From Leeia oryzae DSM 17879 (GTDB taxonomy: Bacteria > Pseudomonadota > Gammaproteobacteria > Burkholderiales > Leeiaceae): DNA of 24,000 bases. The translations under genes were made by a program, and so were the position numbers. Below, piece after piece: positions 9,166-16,692 of the stretch; positions within the stretch are counted from its first letter, which is position 1; every line of letters starts with the position of its first letter. Location: NCBI RefSeq assembly GCF_000376945.1, contig NZ_AQXU01000025.1, forward strand, positions 539,982 through 563,981, written 5' to 3'. A model generated the notes under the pieces. That model worked only from the letters and a program-made list of their open reading frames with translations. It was not told the DNA's origin and ran no database searches.

Positions 9166-9328
9166 CAAGGGCTAGCCTGCACCTGCCTACCCATCTCCGT
9201 CACCGCCGCAGAAATGCTATACATTCTTATCATTGAATGTGCATAATGTGGCGTTTCTGATTCGCACCTGACTGTTGCTGCCCGTCTGGCAGGTGCACTG
9301 CTTGCTCAACAGGTGGAGTGACGTACCC

Positions 9329-10135
9329 ATGTCCGACCTCGGTTTTGATGCACCGCTATTCATCAAACAGATTCACGAAACCACGGTGAATACTGTCAAC
9401 ACGCCCTTCTTTTACAACCAAAACGGCGTGCCAACCTATGTCAGCGAATTACCTCCAGGCATCACGCCACTAATACCTGCCACGACCCAGCCCGCGCTGG
9501 CCGTTGGCAAAGAGTATGTGGTCGCGGATGTGCTAAACGTCAAACCCACCCTGCCATACGGCATCGAAACCCAGCTGGGGTTTGCGGCACAAGAGGTCGA
9601 ATTCGAACCGCTGTGGGCGACCAAAGACATCGCCGCGGCCTTTGGCATCACCCTGGTTGAACCAGGGCAAGCGGTGATGCTGAGCAGCCCCGTGGTGGAA
9701 CTGCAGCAAATCGAATACGAATACGGTGTATTTGCAGGGCACTGGTCACCCTACCAGGGCACCGGCAACACCTTGCTCAGCGTGGTATGTACCGACCTGG
9801 AACACCACAACTTCCCGCACGTGTTTGCTTCGACCGACCCGACCCAGCCGTTGGTCATCTCGGTGGGCCGTTATTGGCCCAAGCTTGGCAAGATCCGGCT
9901 GGCAGACCTGTGGGTACCGCGCGGCAGTGCATTGTATATTCCGCCCAAGCCTGCTTCAGAGACGCTGGAATGCATCGACCTGCACAATAACCGCAATTCG
10001 GCCCGCGCCTGCTGGGGTGACATCCGGCAAAACAGCATCGTCACCCATACGTTATTACAAAACAACGACGGTTTTTTCTATTGGTACTGGAACGCGATAG
10101 CAACCCGGCACAGCAGACCCGTCGCTATTGGTTGA
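9329..10135 (+). CDS. Hypothetical protein (268 aa), family not recognised
   Basis: Long ORF in a region without competing frames. GGTGGAG lies about 10 nt upstream of the ATG at 9329. There is no signal peptide or TM segment. The C-terminal part (GSALYIPPKP...IDLHNNRN) is vaguely cupin-like. It ends 42 nt before the PAS-GGDEF gene on the same strand. Confidence 0.6.
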   Translation: MSDLGFDAPLFIKQIHETTVNTVNTPFFYNQNGVPTYVSELPPGITPLIPATTQPALAVGKEYVVADVLNVKPTLPYGIETQLGFAAQEVEFEPLWATKDIAAAFGITLVEPGQAVMLSSPVVELQQIEYEYGVFAGHWSPYQGTGNTLLSVVCTDLEHHNFPHVFASTDPTQPLVISVGRYWPKLGKIRLADLWVPRGSALYIPPKPASETLECIDLHNNRNSARACWGDIRQNSIVTHTLLQNNDGFFYWYWNAIATRHSRPVAIG

Positions 10136-10177
10136 GATACACCCTCCCCTCACATCAACGCATGGAGAAAGTCAGAT

Positions 10178-11143
10178 ATGTCTGATATGTCCGACGTCCG
10201 CGAACTCAGCAGTGACAGCGCGGTTTACAAAACCCTGCTGGAATCGACCAAGGCCATTCCCTGGAAGATCGACTGGGCCAGCATGAAGTTTGCGTATATT
10301 GGCCCGCAAATCGAGCCGCTGCTGGGCTGGAGCCAGGAGAGCTGGGTTTCTGCCGAAGACTGGGCCATGCGCATTCATCCGGAAGATCGCGACTATGTGG
10401 TGAATTTCTGCGTTTCACAATCCAAGGCCGGGGTAGACCACGAAGCCGACTACCGGGCACTGACCAGAGAAAACGGCTATGTGTGGATACGCGATGTCGT
10501 TCACGTGGTTCGCAACGAACAAGGTGAAGTCGATTCGCTGATCGGCTTCATGTTCGACATCAGCGAACGCAAAAAGACCGAAGAAAAACTGCTGTCGCTG
10601 CAAAAAGAGCTGGAAGCCCTCTCGTTCAAGGACGGGTTGACCGGCATTGCCAACCGCCGCCGTTTTGATGCGAGTCTGGACATCGAGTGGGAAAGCGCAC
10701 GCAGCAGCGGCCAGCCCTTGTCGTTACTGCTGTTCGATGTGGACTTCTTCAAGCAGTTCAATGACCTGTACGGCCATATCGAAGGCGACAAATGCCTGAC
10801 CAGCATTGCGCAAACGCTGCAACTAGGGCTGGCTGGCCCGCGTGATCTGGTAGCGCGTTACGGCGGTGAAGAGTTTGTGGTCATGCTGCCGGAAACCGAT
10901 GCCAGCGGTGCACTGCGGGTGGCAGAACGCTGCCAGCGCCTGATCGAGAAACAGGCCATCGCCCACACGGGTTCTCCGCACGGCCTGCGCCTGACGGTCA
11001 GTATCGGCGTCGGTACCATCCTGCCAGACGACAACCTGACCCCCACCGACTTTATCCAGACGGTGGACCAGCAACTGTATCTGGCCAAGCAAAATGGCCG
11101 GAACCGGATTGAGTCCCGGCAAATAGAGGCATCACTGGCCTAA
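10178..11143 (+). CDS. PAS-domain diguanylate cyclase (GGDEF)
   Basis: N-terminal PAS-like region (WKIDWASMKFAYIGPQIEPLLGW...DYRALTRENGYVWIRDVV), a coiled-coil linker, then a GGDEF domain with DGLTGIANRRRFD and an intact RYGGEEFVVMLPETD. No EAL or HD-GYP domain is present. Confidence 0.9.
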   Translation: MSDMSDVRELSSDSAVYKTLLESTKAIPWKIDWASMKFAYIGPQIEPLLGWSQESWVSAEDWAMRIHPEDRDYVVNFCVSQSKAGVDHEADYRALTRENGYVWIRDVVHVVRNEQGEVDSLIGFMFDISERKKTEEKLLSLQKELEALSFKDGLTGIANRRRFDASLDIEWESARSSGQPLSLLLFDVDFFKQFNDLYGHIEGDKCLTSIAQTLQLGLAGPRDLVARYGGEEFVVMLPETDASGALRVAERCQRLIEKQAIAHTGSPHGLRLTVSIGVGTILPDDNLTPTDFIQTVDQQLYLAKQNGRNRIESRQIEASLA

Positions 11144-11223
11144 GCGAAGACGAGGCACGACGTTGCGTGCCTGAAGATATCCAAATGCCTGACTAAACCC
11201 CAGGCCGTCAGCCACAAAGCCGC

Positions 11224-11268
11224 CTGCCAATCACCACGGCAGGCGGCTTTGTCTTGATGGCCTGCCGG
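11224..11268. terminator. Bidirectional rho-independent terminator between the convergent GGDEF and fusion-enzyme genes
   Basis: ACAAAGCCGCCTGCC (11224-11238) and GGCAGGCGGCTTTGT (11248-11262) form a perfect 15-bp stem with a 9-nt loop. A GC-rich core is followed by TTTGTCTTG on the + strand and TTTGTGGC on the - strand. Confidence 0.7.
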
Positions 11269-11348
11269 TGGGATGACCCAGCGCTACACGCAACCGCATT
11301 GGGCCATCACAACGGACGCTCCGTCTTTTCCCGCCTATTACCCCCCGC

Positions 11349-14300
11349 TTAGCGCAGCGCAGCCTCGATACTGTCTTCTAGCACACTCAGCAAGTAATCC
11401 GCGTTCGCCTGGCTGAAAATCATGGATGGCCGCATTTTCAGCACGTTATCAAACGGGCCTTCCGTCCCCATCAGGACCCCTCTCTCCCGCGCGCCATCAC
11501 AGATCCTTTTGGTCAGTGCCGTCGCAGGTTCCTTGGTTTTGCGGTCCAGCACCAGTTCGATGCCAAGAAACAACCCCTGCCCGCGCACGTCGCCGATGAT
11601 GTCGTAACGCGCTTGCATCGATCGGAAACCCTTGAGCAGATAGTGACCGATATCAAGCGCATTTTGCTTGAGCCCGTCGCGTTCAATCACGTCCAGCACC
11701 GCCAGGCCAGCGGCACAAGAGACCGGGTTACCGGCAAAGGTATTGAAGTATTCCATGCCATTATTAAAACTGTCTGCCACTTCTCGTGTGGTCACCAGTG
11801 CAGACATGGGGTGCCCGTTGCCGATGGGTTTGCCCATGGTCACGATATCCGGCACAACATCCTGCATCTCGAAAGCCCACCAGTGGCTGCCAACACGCCC
11901 AAAACCAACCTGAACCTCGTCGGCAACACAAAGCCCGCCGGCGGCACGTACCATGGCATACACTTCTTTCAGATATCCTTCAGGGAAAAACACCTGCCCG
12001 GCAACGCTGGGGATGGATTCCGCCAGGAAGAAGGCGGGCTTGCGGCCCTGCTTTTTCATCGCCTCAATCTGCTCGGCCACGCTTTGCGCAAACCGCTTGC
12101 CATGCTCCTCTAGCGGCCAATCCGCTGGGGCACGATAACTATCGGGAATATCCGCCTGGAACACATGGTCCGGCTTCCCCTTGCCCCCTTTGCGCTTGTA
12201 TTTGTAGGGGCTCAGTTCAATCAGTTCCTGCGTCGTACCGTGATATGACCAGTCCAGCACCAGCGCATCCTGACTACCGGTATGCTGGCGCGCCATGCGC
12301 AACATCAGGCTGTTGGCCTCGCTGCCCGAGCAGGCAAAGGAGGCGACAGATAGCCCAGCCGGCAGCGTGGCCGTCAAACGCTCGGCATAGGAAATAATAT
12401 TGTCATGCAAATAGCGGGTATTGGTATTGAGGATGGCCGCCTGCCTGGCAATCGCCTCGACAACCTCGGGATGCGCATGGCCGAGATGGCAGACATTGTT
12501 AAAGCAGTCCAGGTAGGCGCGCCCGCGATGATCAATCAGCCAGACGCCATCGCCGCGCACAAACTTGATCGGCTCCGAATAAGACATGGATAAATTTGGC
12601 AACAGCAGTTCTTTCCGGCGTGAAATGATCTCCGGACAGGAGCGCCCTTCTTGGGTAAACGCCTCGGGGGGAATACCGGCCAGCGCCGCCACATCCGGAA
12701 AAACATCCGCCCACACATCAAGATACGCCGTCTCGCCCACGCCCAGCATGTCCGATGCCGCAAGATGGATGTCCGTCGACACCTGAAGATGCAGATGCGG
12801 GGTCCAGCCACCATTCTCGGTCATGCCACCCATATGGCCCACCAGGTCCCCCGCCGCCAGCTTCTGGCCTGGTTGCAGACGCGTCACGGCCTCGTGCCCC
12901 ATATGCCCCCACAACGTCACAAAAGGCGGGCAGCCTTCGGGTTCGTGCAACAGCGTGATCAAACCGCCATAATCAAGCGGATCGGGCTCGATTTGCACAC
13001 TGCGAACGGTCGCATCCAGTGGTGTATACACCGCCGTTCCGGCTGGCATGAACAGGTCCACGCCAAGGTGGTGAATCCGGTATTCGCCCTGGATGAATTT
13101 CGACGCAAACGCAGGGCTGGTATACACCGTTCTTTTTTCTCCCCATGGCCCGATGCCCAGCTGCACATGGTGACTGGCACAGAAATCCTCCCACCATGCC
13201 GTCGCATTCGTGGGATGCTGGGCTGCCGATTCCACGGTCATGTAGTGGGTGGCATCACCATACGGCACCAGCGCCTTGGTCATCGTGGCCGGGTGCGGAC
13301 GTACGATCGGCGCAAAATGCCGGGTGTTGGCAGCAATCCAGTGCCGGATTGCCCCAGCACCTTCGACCGCATCAAATCCGCACGCCTTGCGCAACATGGC
13401 CGTCGCAAAACGGGGATTCATGGCATCCAGCCGGTATAACAGCCGCCACGCGGGTGCTTCACTAATCGCAAGATAAGGATTGTCTTGCGTGCGATCATGA
13501 CGAGAGGCCGAAAACGTCACGCTGGTGACCAGCCGCATCGCGATAAGATCAAACAGGATATCGACTTCTTCCGGCAACAGCGGGTACTTCTCGTGAAAAC
13601 CGGCAACCAGCGCACCTGCGGTCCCAATCGGGTCCGCTGTCTCCAGAATCGAATAGGCGCACGCAATCGCCACATCGGCAATCAGGACAGAATGGACAGC
13701 ATCGCCAAAATCAATCAGACCCGCAATGTTCTCTGGCTGTGCTTCGTCCACCAGGACATTCCAGTCATTGGCATCATTATGGATGACCTGTGCCCGCATG
13801 CGGGACAGCTTCGGTGCAATCTGACGCTCAAAGCGCACGATAAAACGCTCCAGCAGTGCCCGTTGCGCTTCGTCTTGTACAAAGTGCAAACGCGAGCGTG
13901 AGCGGGCGGCATGGCGGAGGTCCCAATCCAGGTCGCGTAACGCCCCCGGATGAATAAACCCCTGCAAGGCACGATCAAGCTCTCCCAGCGTACGCCCCAG
14001 ATTGCCGAGCAACGCCAAGCGCCTGTCGACCTTGGCCAGCGGCGTCCCCGGAATCCATGACACCAGACGGACCGCATGTGTTTCTCCGGTCGCCGAGACG
14101 GTCGAACCAAGCAGCTTGCCGGACAGGCTCGCTCTTAAATGCGGGACCGGCATCGCCGGGTCGGTTTCGGTCAGGTGGTGCAATAATGCCGTCTGAAACT
14201 CGCTCTCCACACCGGGCTCGCTGGCATTCACGATCTTGAGAATCCAGTCCTGGCCGCTACCGGTTTTCACGCGGAAGTTCCGGTCGCGCTCCCCATCCAG

Positions 14301-14396
14301 CGGGGACGCCACCCCTTTCACGCCAAACATCTCTTCGCAGAGTTGCTCGGCATCGGTGACGCTATAGTTTGGTGCAGGGCGAGTAAGATCCGTCAT
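11349..14396 (-). CDS. Tri-domain fusion protein (1,015 aa): APH/HYKK-type kinase + M23 peptidase domain + class-III PLP enzyme of the AGXT2L (phospho-lyase-like) type
   Basis: One uninterrupted ORF. Kinase: HNDANDWN (nt 13758-13781, the H-x-D-x4-N catalytic loop) and IDFGD (13701-13715). M23: HLGVD (13056-13070, HxxxD) and HLH (12789-12797, HxH). PLP domain: [43 protein letters not shown], and [11 protein letters not shown] with the Schiff-base Lys codon at 11829-11831. The start is taken at the ATG at 14396, with GGAAG 6 nt upstream. The listed extension to 14504 runs through the tandem repeat and lacks an SD. Confidence 0.9.
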   Translation of the reverse strand: MTDLTRPAPNYSVTDAEQLCEEMFGVKGVASPLDGERDRNFRVKTGSGQDWILKIVNASEPGVESEFQTALLHHLTETDPAMPVPHLRASLSGKLLGSTVSATGETHAVRLVSWIPGTPLAKVDRRLALLGNLGRTLGELDRALQGFIHPGALRDLDWDLRHAARSRSRLHFVQDEAQRALLERFIVRFERQIAPKLSRMRAQVIHNDANDWNVLVDEAQPENIAGLIDFGDAVHSVLIADVAIACAYSILETADPIGTAGALVAGFHEKYPLLPEEVDILFDLIAMRLVTSVTFSASRHDRTQDNPYLAISEAPAWRLLYRLDAMNPRFATAMLRKACGFDAVEGAGAIRHWIAANTRHFAPIVRPHPATMTKALVPYGDATHYMTVESAAQHPTNATAWWEDFCASHHVQLGIGPWGEKRTVYTSPAFASKFIQGEYRIHHLGVDLFMPAGTAVYTPLDATVRSVQIEPDPLDYGGLITLLHEPEGCPPFVTLWGHMGHEAVTRLQPGQKLAAGDLVGHMGGMTENGGWTPHLHLQVSTDIHLAASDMLGVGETAYLDVWADVFPDVAALAGIPPEAFTQEGRSCPEIISRRKELLLPNLSMSYSEPIKFVRGDGVWLIDHRGRAYLDCFNNVCHLGHAHPEVVEAIARQAAILNTNTRYLHDNIISYAERLTATLPAGLSVASFACSGSEANSLMLRMARQHTGSQDALVLDWSYHGTTQELIELSPYKYKRKGGKGKPDHVFQADIPDSYRAPADWPLEEHGKRFAQSVAEQIEAMKKQGRKPAFFLAESIPSVAGQVFFPEGYLKEVYAMVRAAGGLCVADEVQVGFGRVGSHWWAFEMQDVVPDIVTMGKPIGNGHPMSALVTTREVADSFNNGMEYFNTFAGNPVSCAAGLAVLDVIERDGLKQNALDIGHYLLKGFRSMQARYDIIGDVRGQGLFLGIELVLDRKTKEPATALTKRICDGARERGVLMGTEGPFDNVLKMRPSMIFSQANADYLLSVLEDSIEAALR

Positions 14397-14441
14397 ATCA
14401 AGCTTCCAATGTGTTTTAAATAAGCCTGTGCCACCGCCAGT

Positions 14442-14529
14442 GCGGCATGTCACAAGCAACATCAATCGTGAGTGTTCCGGGCGGCATGTCACAAGCAACA
14501 TCAATCGTGAGTGTTCCGGGCTGCATGCC
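14442..14529. repeat. Perfect 39-bp tandem duplication (2 full units plus a 10-nt partial third)
   Basis: GCGGCATGTCACAAGCAACATCAATCGTGAGTGTTCCGG at 14442-14480 is identical to 14481-14519. Positions 14520-14529 (GCTGCATGCC) match the unit start at 8/10. The repeat lies between the fusion-gene start and the conserved element. Confidence 0.95.
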
Positions 14530-14543
14530 GCAGCAGCACGTCA

Positions 14544-14635
14544 GGCAATATGTTGGCATGCAAGCTGATTTGGGGCATCATGCATGTTTCCGGAATGTCC
14601 GGCAGATTGTCGGAATAGACCGGCATCTAGCCGGG
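14544..14635. repeat. Conserved ~92-nt intergenic element, copy A (fusion enzyme / lrp divergent region)
   Basis: An ungapped alignment to 16601-16692 gives 74/92 identities by hand count. The core 14581-14625 versus 16638-16682 gives 41/45. Both copies have the same orientation. Confidence 0.9.
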
Positions 14636-14654
14636 TTAACCAAGAAGGTATTTG

Positions 14655-15095
14655 ATGCGAGAGCTCGATGCAATTGACCGCGAAATTTTGACCATCCTTT
14701 CCAGGGACGCCAGAATTGCGGTGAAGGTACTGGCCGCCCGTGTCGGGCTATCACGCAGCGCAACGAGTGAACGTGTCACGAACCTGGAGAAACGCGGTGT
14801 CATCAGGGGGTATCGGGCCGATATTGGCGAAATCAACGCCAATATCATTCGTGCCATCCTGCTGGTGAGCCTCAAGCGTACCCCAGCAAACCAGCTACTG
14901 GACCTGCTGGCAGAACAGCCCGAAGTGCGACGGGTCTCGTCGGTGAGTGGCGAACTTGACCTGATTGTGGAAATCGAAGCAAGCAATATTGACGGACTTA
15001 ACCGGGTCCGAGACTGGCTTGCCGCACACGAAACGGTAGGCGATCTGACGACGTCGATCGTGTTGCGGCGAAATATTGACCGTGAAATGCGTTGA
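14655..15095 (+). CDS. Lrp/AsnC-family transcriptional regulator
   Basis: MRELDAIDREILTILSRDARIAVKVLAARVGLSRSATSERVTNLEKRGVIRGY is the canonical AsnC HTH, followed by a RAM-like C-terminal domain. GAAGG lies 6 nt upstream of the ATG at 14655. It is divergent from the fusion-enzyme gene. Confidence 0.9.
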   Translation: MRELDAIDREILTILSRDARIAVKVLAARVGLSRSATSERVTNLEKRGVIRGYRADIGEINANIIRAILLVSLKRTPANQLLDLLAEQPEVRRVSSVSGELDLIVEIEASNIDGLNRVRDWLAAHETVGDLTTSIVLRRNIDREMR

Positions 15096-15229
15096 TGGTC
15101 TTGTGGTTATTCATCCATTTGCAAACATGATGTCTGTTGCACGCTAGACACGGTGGCCGCCAGGGCCAGATCGATGACACGCCGGATGCGTGCTAACCTT
15201 GACCCATGCACACAACGCTGTTGGCAGGC

Positions 15230-15261
15230 AAAAAAATGGGGAACCGGTGTAATGGTTCCCC
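15230..15261 (-). terminator. Rho-independent terminator of the binding-protein gene
   Basis: On the minus strand, GGGGAACC / GGTTCCCC (15238-15245 / 15254-15261) form an 8-bp stem with an 8-nt loop. This is followed by ATTTTTTT (complement of 15230-15237), about 40 nt downstream of the stop at 15300. Confidence 0.8.
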
Positions 15262-15299
15262 CGTAAATCCATCGAGGATGGAGAGAGTTAAGTGACGGC

Positions 15300-16454
15300 T
15301 TACTTCATCGTAATCATGTCGGCCGCTTTCCAGCCAGCGTTCTCTTTAAAGTTCTTGTCATAGCCATAAATCGTAATGGCGGGTGATTTCATATCCCCTT
15401 TGGCATCAAAGCTGATCGGCCCGATCACGCCTTTTACCTTGACCTCATGCATGGCCGGCACAAAGACTTTTGGGTCAGTGGACTTTGCCTTGACCATGGC
15501 GGCCAGAAAAAAGTTGGTTGCATCATAAGCCTGGTAACCATACCCCTGCAGCGGCACGCCAAAACGTTTCTGGTACTTGGCCTGCAGCTCTTTTGCTCCC
15601 GGCATTTTCGCAATATCCATGGCCGCCTGAGAGCTATACACCGTGCTGTCCATCGCCTCCCCGCCCAGACGGACCATGTCACCGGTACTGGCGCCATCGC
15701 CCAGCAACACCTTGGATTTCACACCCAATCTGCGCATCTGGACTAGCAATGGCCCGGCCGTCGCGTCCATCCCGCCATACATCACGACATCCGGGCTGCG
15801 ACCCTTGATACTGGTCAGAATCGACATGAAATCTGTCGCCTTGTCGGAAGTAAACTCGCGGGAAACCACCTTTCCGCCAAGCGCTTTTACTTTTTTCTCA
15901 AACTCATCTGCCAAACCCTGGCCGTAAGCGGTTCGGTCATCAATCACGGCAAAGGTTTTGCCTTTCAGCTTTTGCACCCCGAAAATCGCGAGTGCCGGAC
16001 CTTGCTGGTCATCACGGCCCACCAGCCGGAAAGTCGTTGCGTAGCCTTGCTCCGTCAGCTTGGGGTTGGTCGAACTTGGCGTAATGTGGGGAATGCCTGC
16101 CGCTGCATAAATTTTGGAGGCTGGAATCGTCACCCCGGAGTTCATGTGCCCGATAATGGCCGACACTTTGGCATCGGCCAGTTTCTGTGCCACCAGTGTG
16201 CCGGTGCGGGGGTCACCGGCATCATCCTCACTGTCGAGTTCAAACGACACCTTCTGACCGCCAATGACCATTCCTTTCGCATTGGCCTCTTCCAGCGCCA
16301 ACCGGACTGCATTTTCATTTTCTTTGCCCAGGTGGCCTGCCGGCCCTGTCAAAGGGCCTGAATGACCGAATTTAACGACAATGTCTGCAAAGGCAGGCGC
16401 GCTCAGCATGGGCAAACTAACGGCAGCAACAAATAAACAGCGGCGAAATTGCAT
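15300..16454 (-). CDS. Periplasmic ABC-transporter substrate-binding protein, Leu/Ile/Val-binding (LivJ/K, Peripla_BP_6) family; orphan
   Basis: Sec signal MQFRRCLFVAAVSLPMLSAPAFA/D. The mature protein begins IVVKFGHSGPLTGPAGHLGKENENAVRLALEEANA, with later IIGHMNSGV and FAVIDDRTAYGQGLADEF, typical of the type I amino-acid binding fold. GGAGAG lies about 5-6 nt upstream of the ATG at 16454; the listed start 16478 is a TTG. No permease or ATPase genes are adjacent. Confidence 0.9.
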   Translation of the reverse strand: MQFRRCLFVAAVSLPMLSAPAFADIVVKFGHSGPLTGPAGHLGKENENAVRLALEEANAKGMVIGGQKVSFELDSEDDAGDPRTGTLVAQKLADAKVSAIIGHMNSGVTIPASKIYAAAGIPHITPSSTNPKLTEQGYATTFRLVGRDDQQGPALAIFGVQKLKGKTFAVIDDRTAYGQGLADEFEKKVKALGGKVVSREFTSDKATDFMSILTSIKGRSPDVVMYGGMDATAGPLLVQMRRLGVKSKVLLGDGASTGDMVRLGGEAMDSTVYSSQAAMDIAKMPGAKELQAKYQKRFGVPLQGYGYQAYDATNFFLAAMVKAKSTDPKVFVPAMHEVKVKGVIGPISFDAKGDMKSPAITIYGYDKNFKENAGWKAADMITMK

Positions 16455-16487
16455 GGTTTCTCTCCAAGAGTCTTGCAAGTTACGTTA

Positions 16488-16545
16488 CTTCACAGGGGGA
16501 CGCATCGTTACCGCCTCTTCACGGGGGGACGCGCTAACGATGCAC
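16488..16545. repeat. 16-nt direct repeat at 29-nt spacing, combined with a 9-bp inverted repeat, upstream of the binding-protein gene
   Basis: CTTCACAGGGGGACGC (16488-16503) and CTTCACGGGGGGACGC (16517-16532) match at 15/16. GCATCGTTA (16502-16510) is the reverse complement of TAACGATGC (16535-16543). Confidence 0.6.
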
Positions 16546-16600
16546 AGGATGCCCGACCACACACCAGGCCAGACACGGCCCGGGTTATCTCGGGAAGCCT

Positions 16601-16692
16601 GGCAATATGGTGGCATGCAAACTCGCATGGAACATCTTGCATGTTTACAGAATGTCCGGCAGATCGTCGGAATTGACCGGCAAATGTCCGGT
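16601..16692. repeat. Conserved ~92-nt intergenic element, copy B (binding protein / aldo-keto reductase divergent region)
   Basis: See copy A. Consensus core: TGCATGTTT(C/A)C(G/A)GAATGTCCGGCAGAT(T/C)GTCGGAAT(A/T)GACCGGCA. Confidence 0.9.

Noticed and set aside
14397-14504. The 5' extension of the fusion-enzyme ORF through the tandem repeat (MMLLVTCRPEHSRLMLLVTCR...).
   Set aside because: The in-frame ATGs inside the repeat have no SD. The kinase-domain homology starts right after the ATG at 14396, which has GGAAG at a 6-nt spacing. The extension is most simply an open frame across a 39-bp (13-codon) repeat.
14553-14570. Sigma54-like TGGCAT-N-(C)T(C)GCA strings inside both copies of the 92-nt element (14553-14570 and 16610-16627).
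   Set aside because: The -12-like part is off by one in copy B (TGGCATgcaaacTCGCA) and essentially absent in copy A (CTGAT). The match is not good enough in both copies to call a promoter class.
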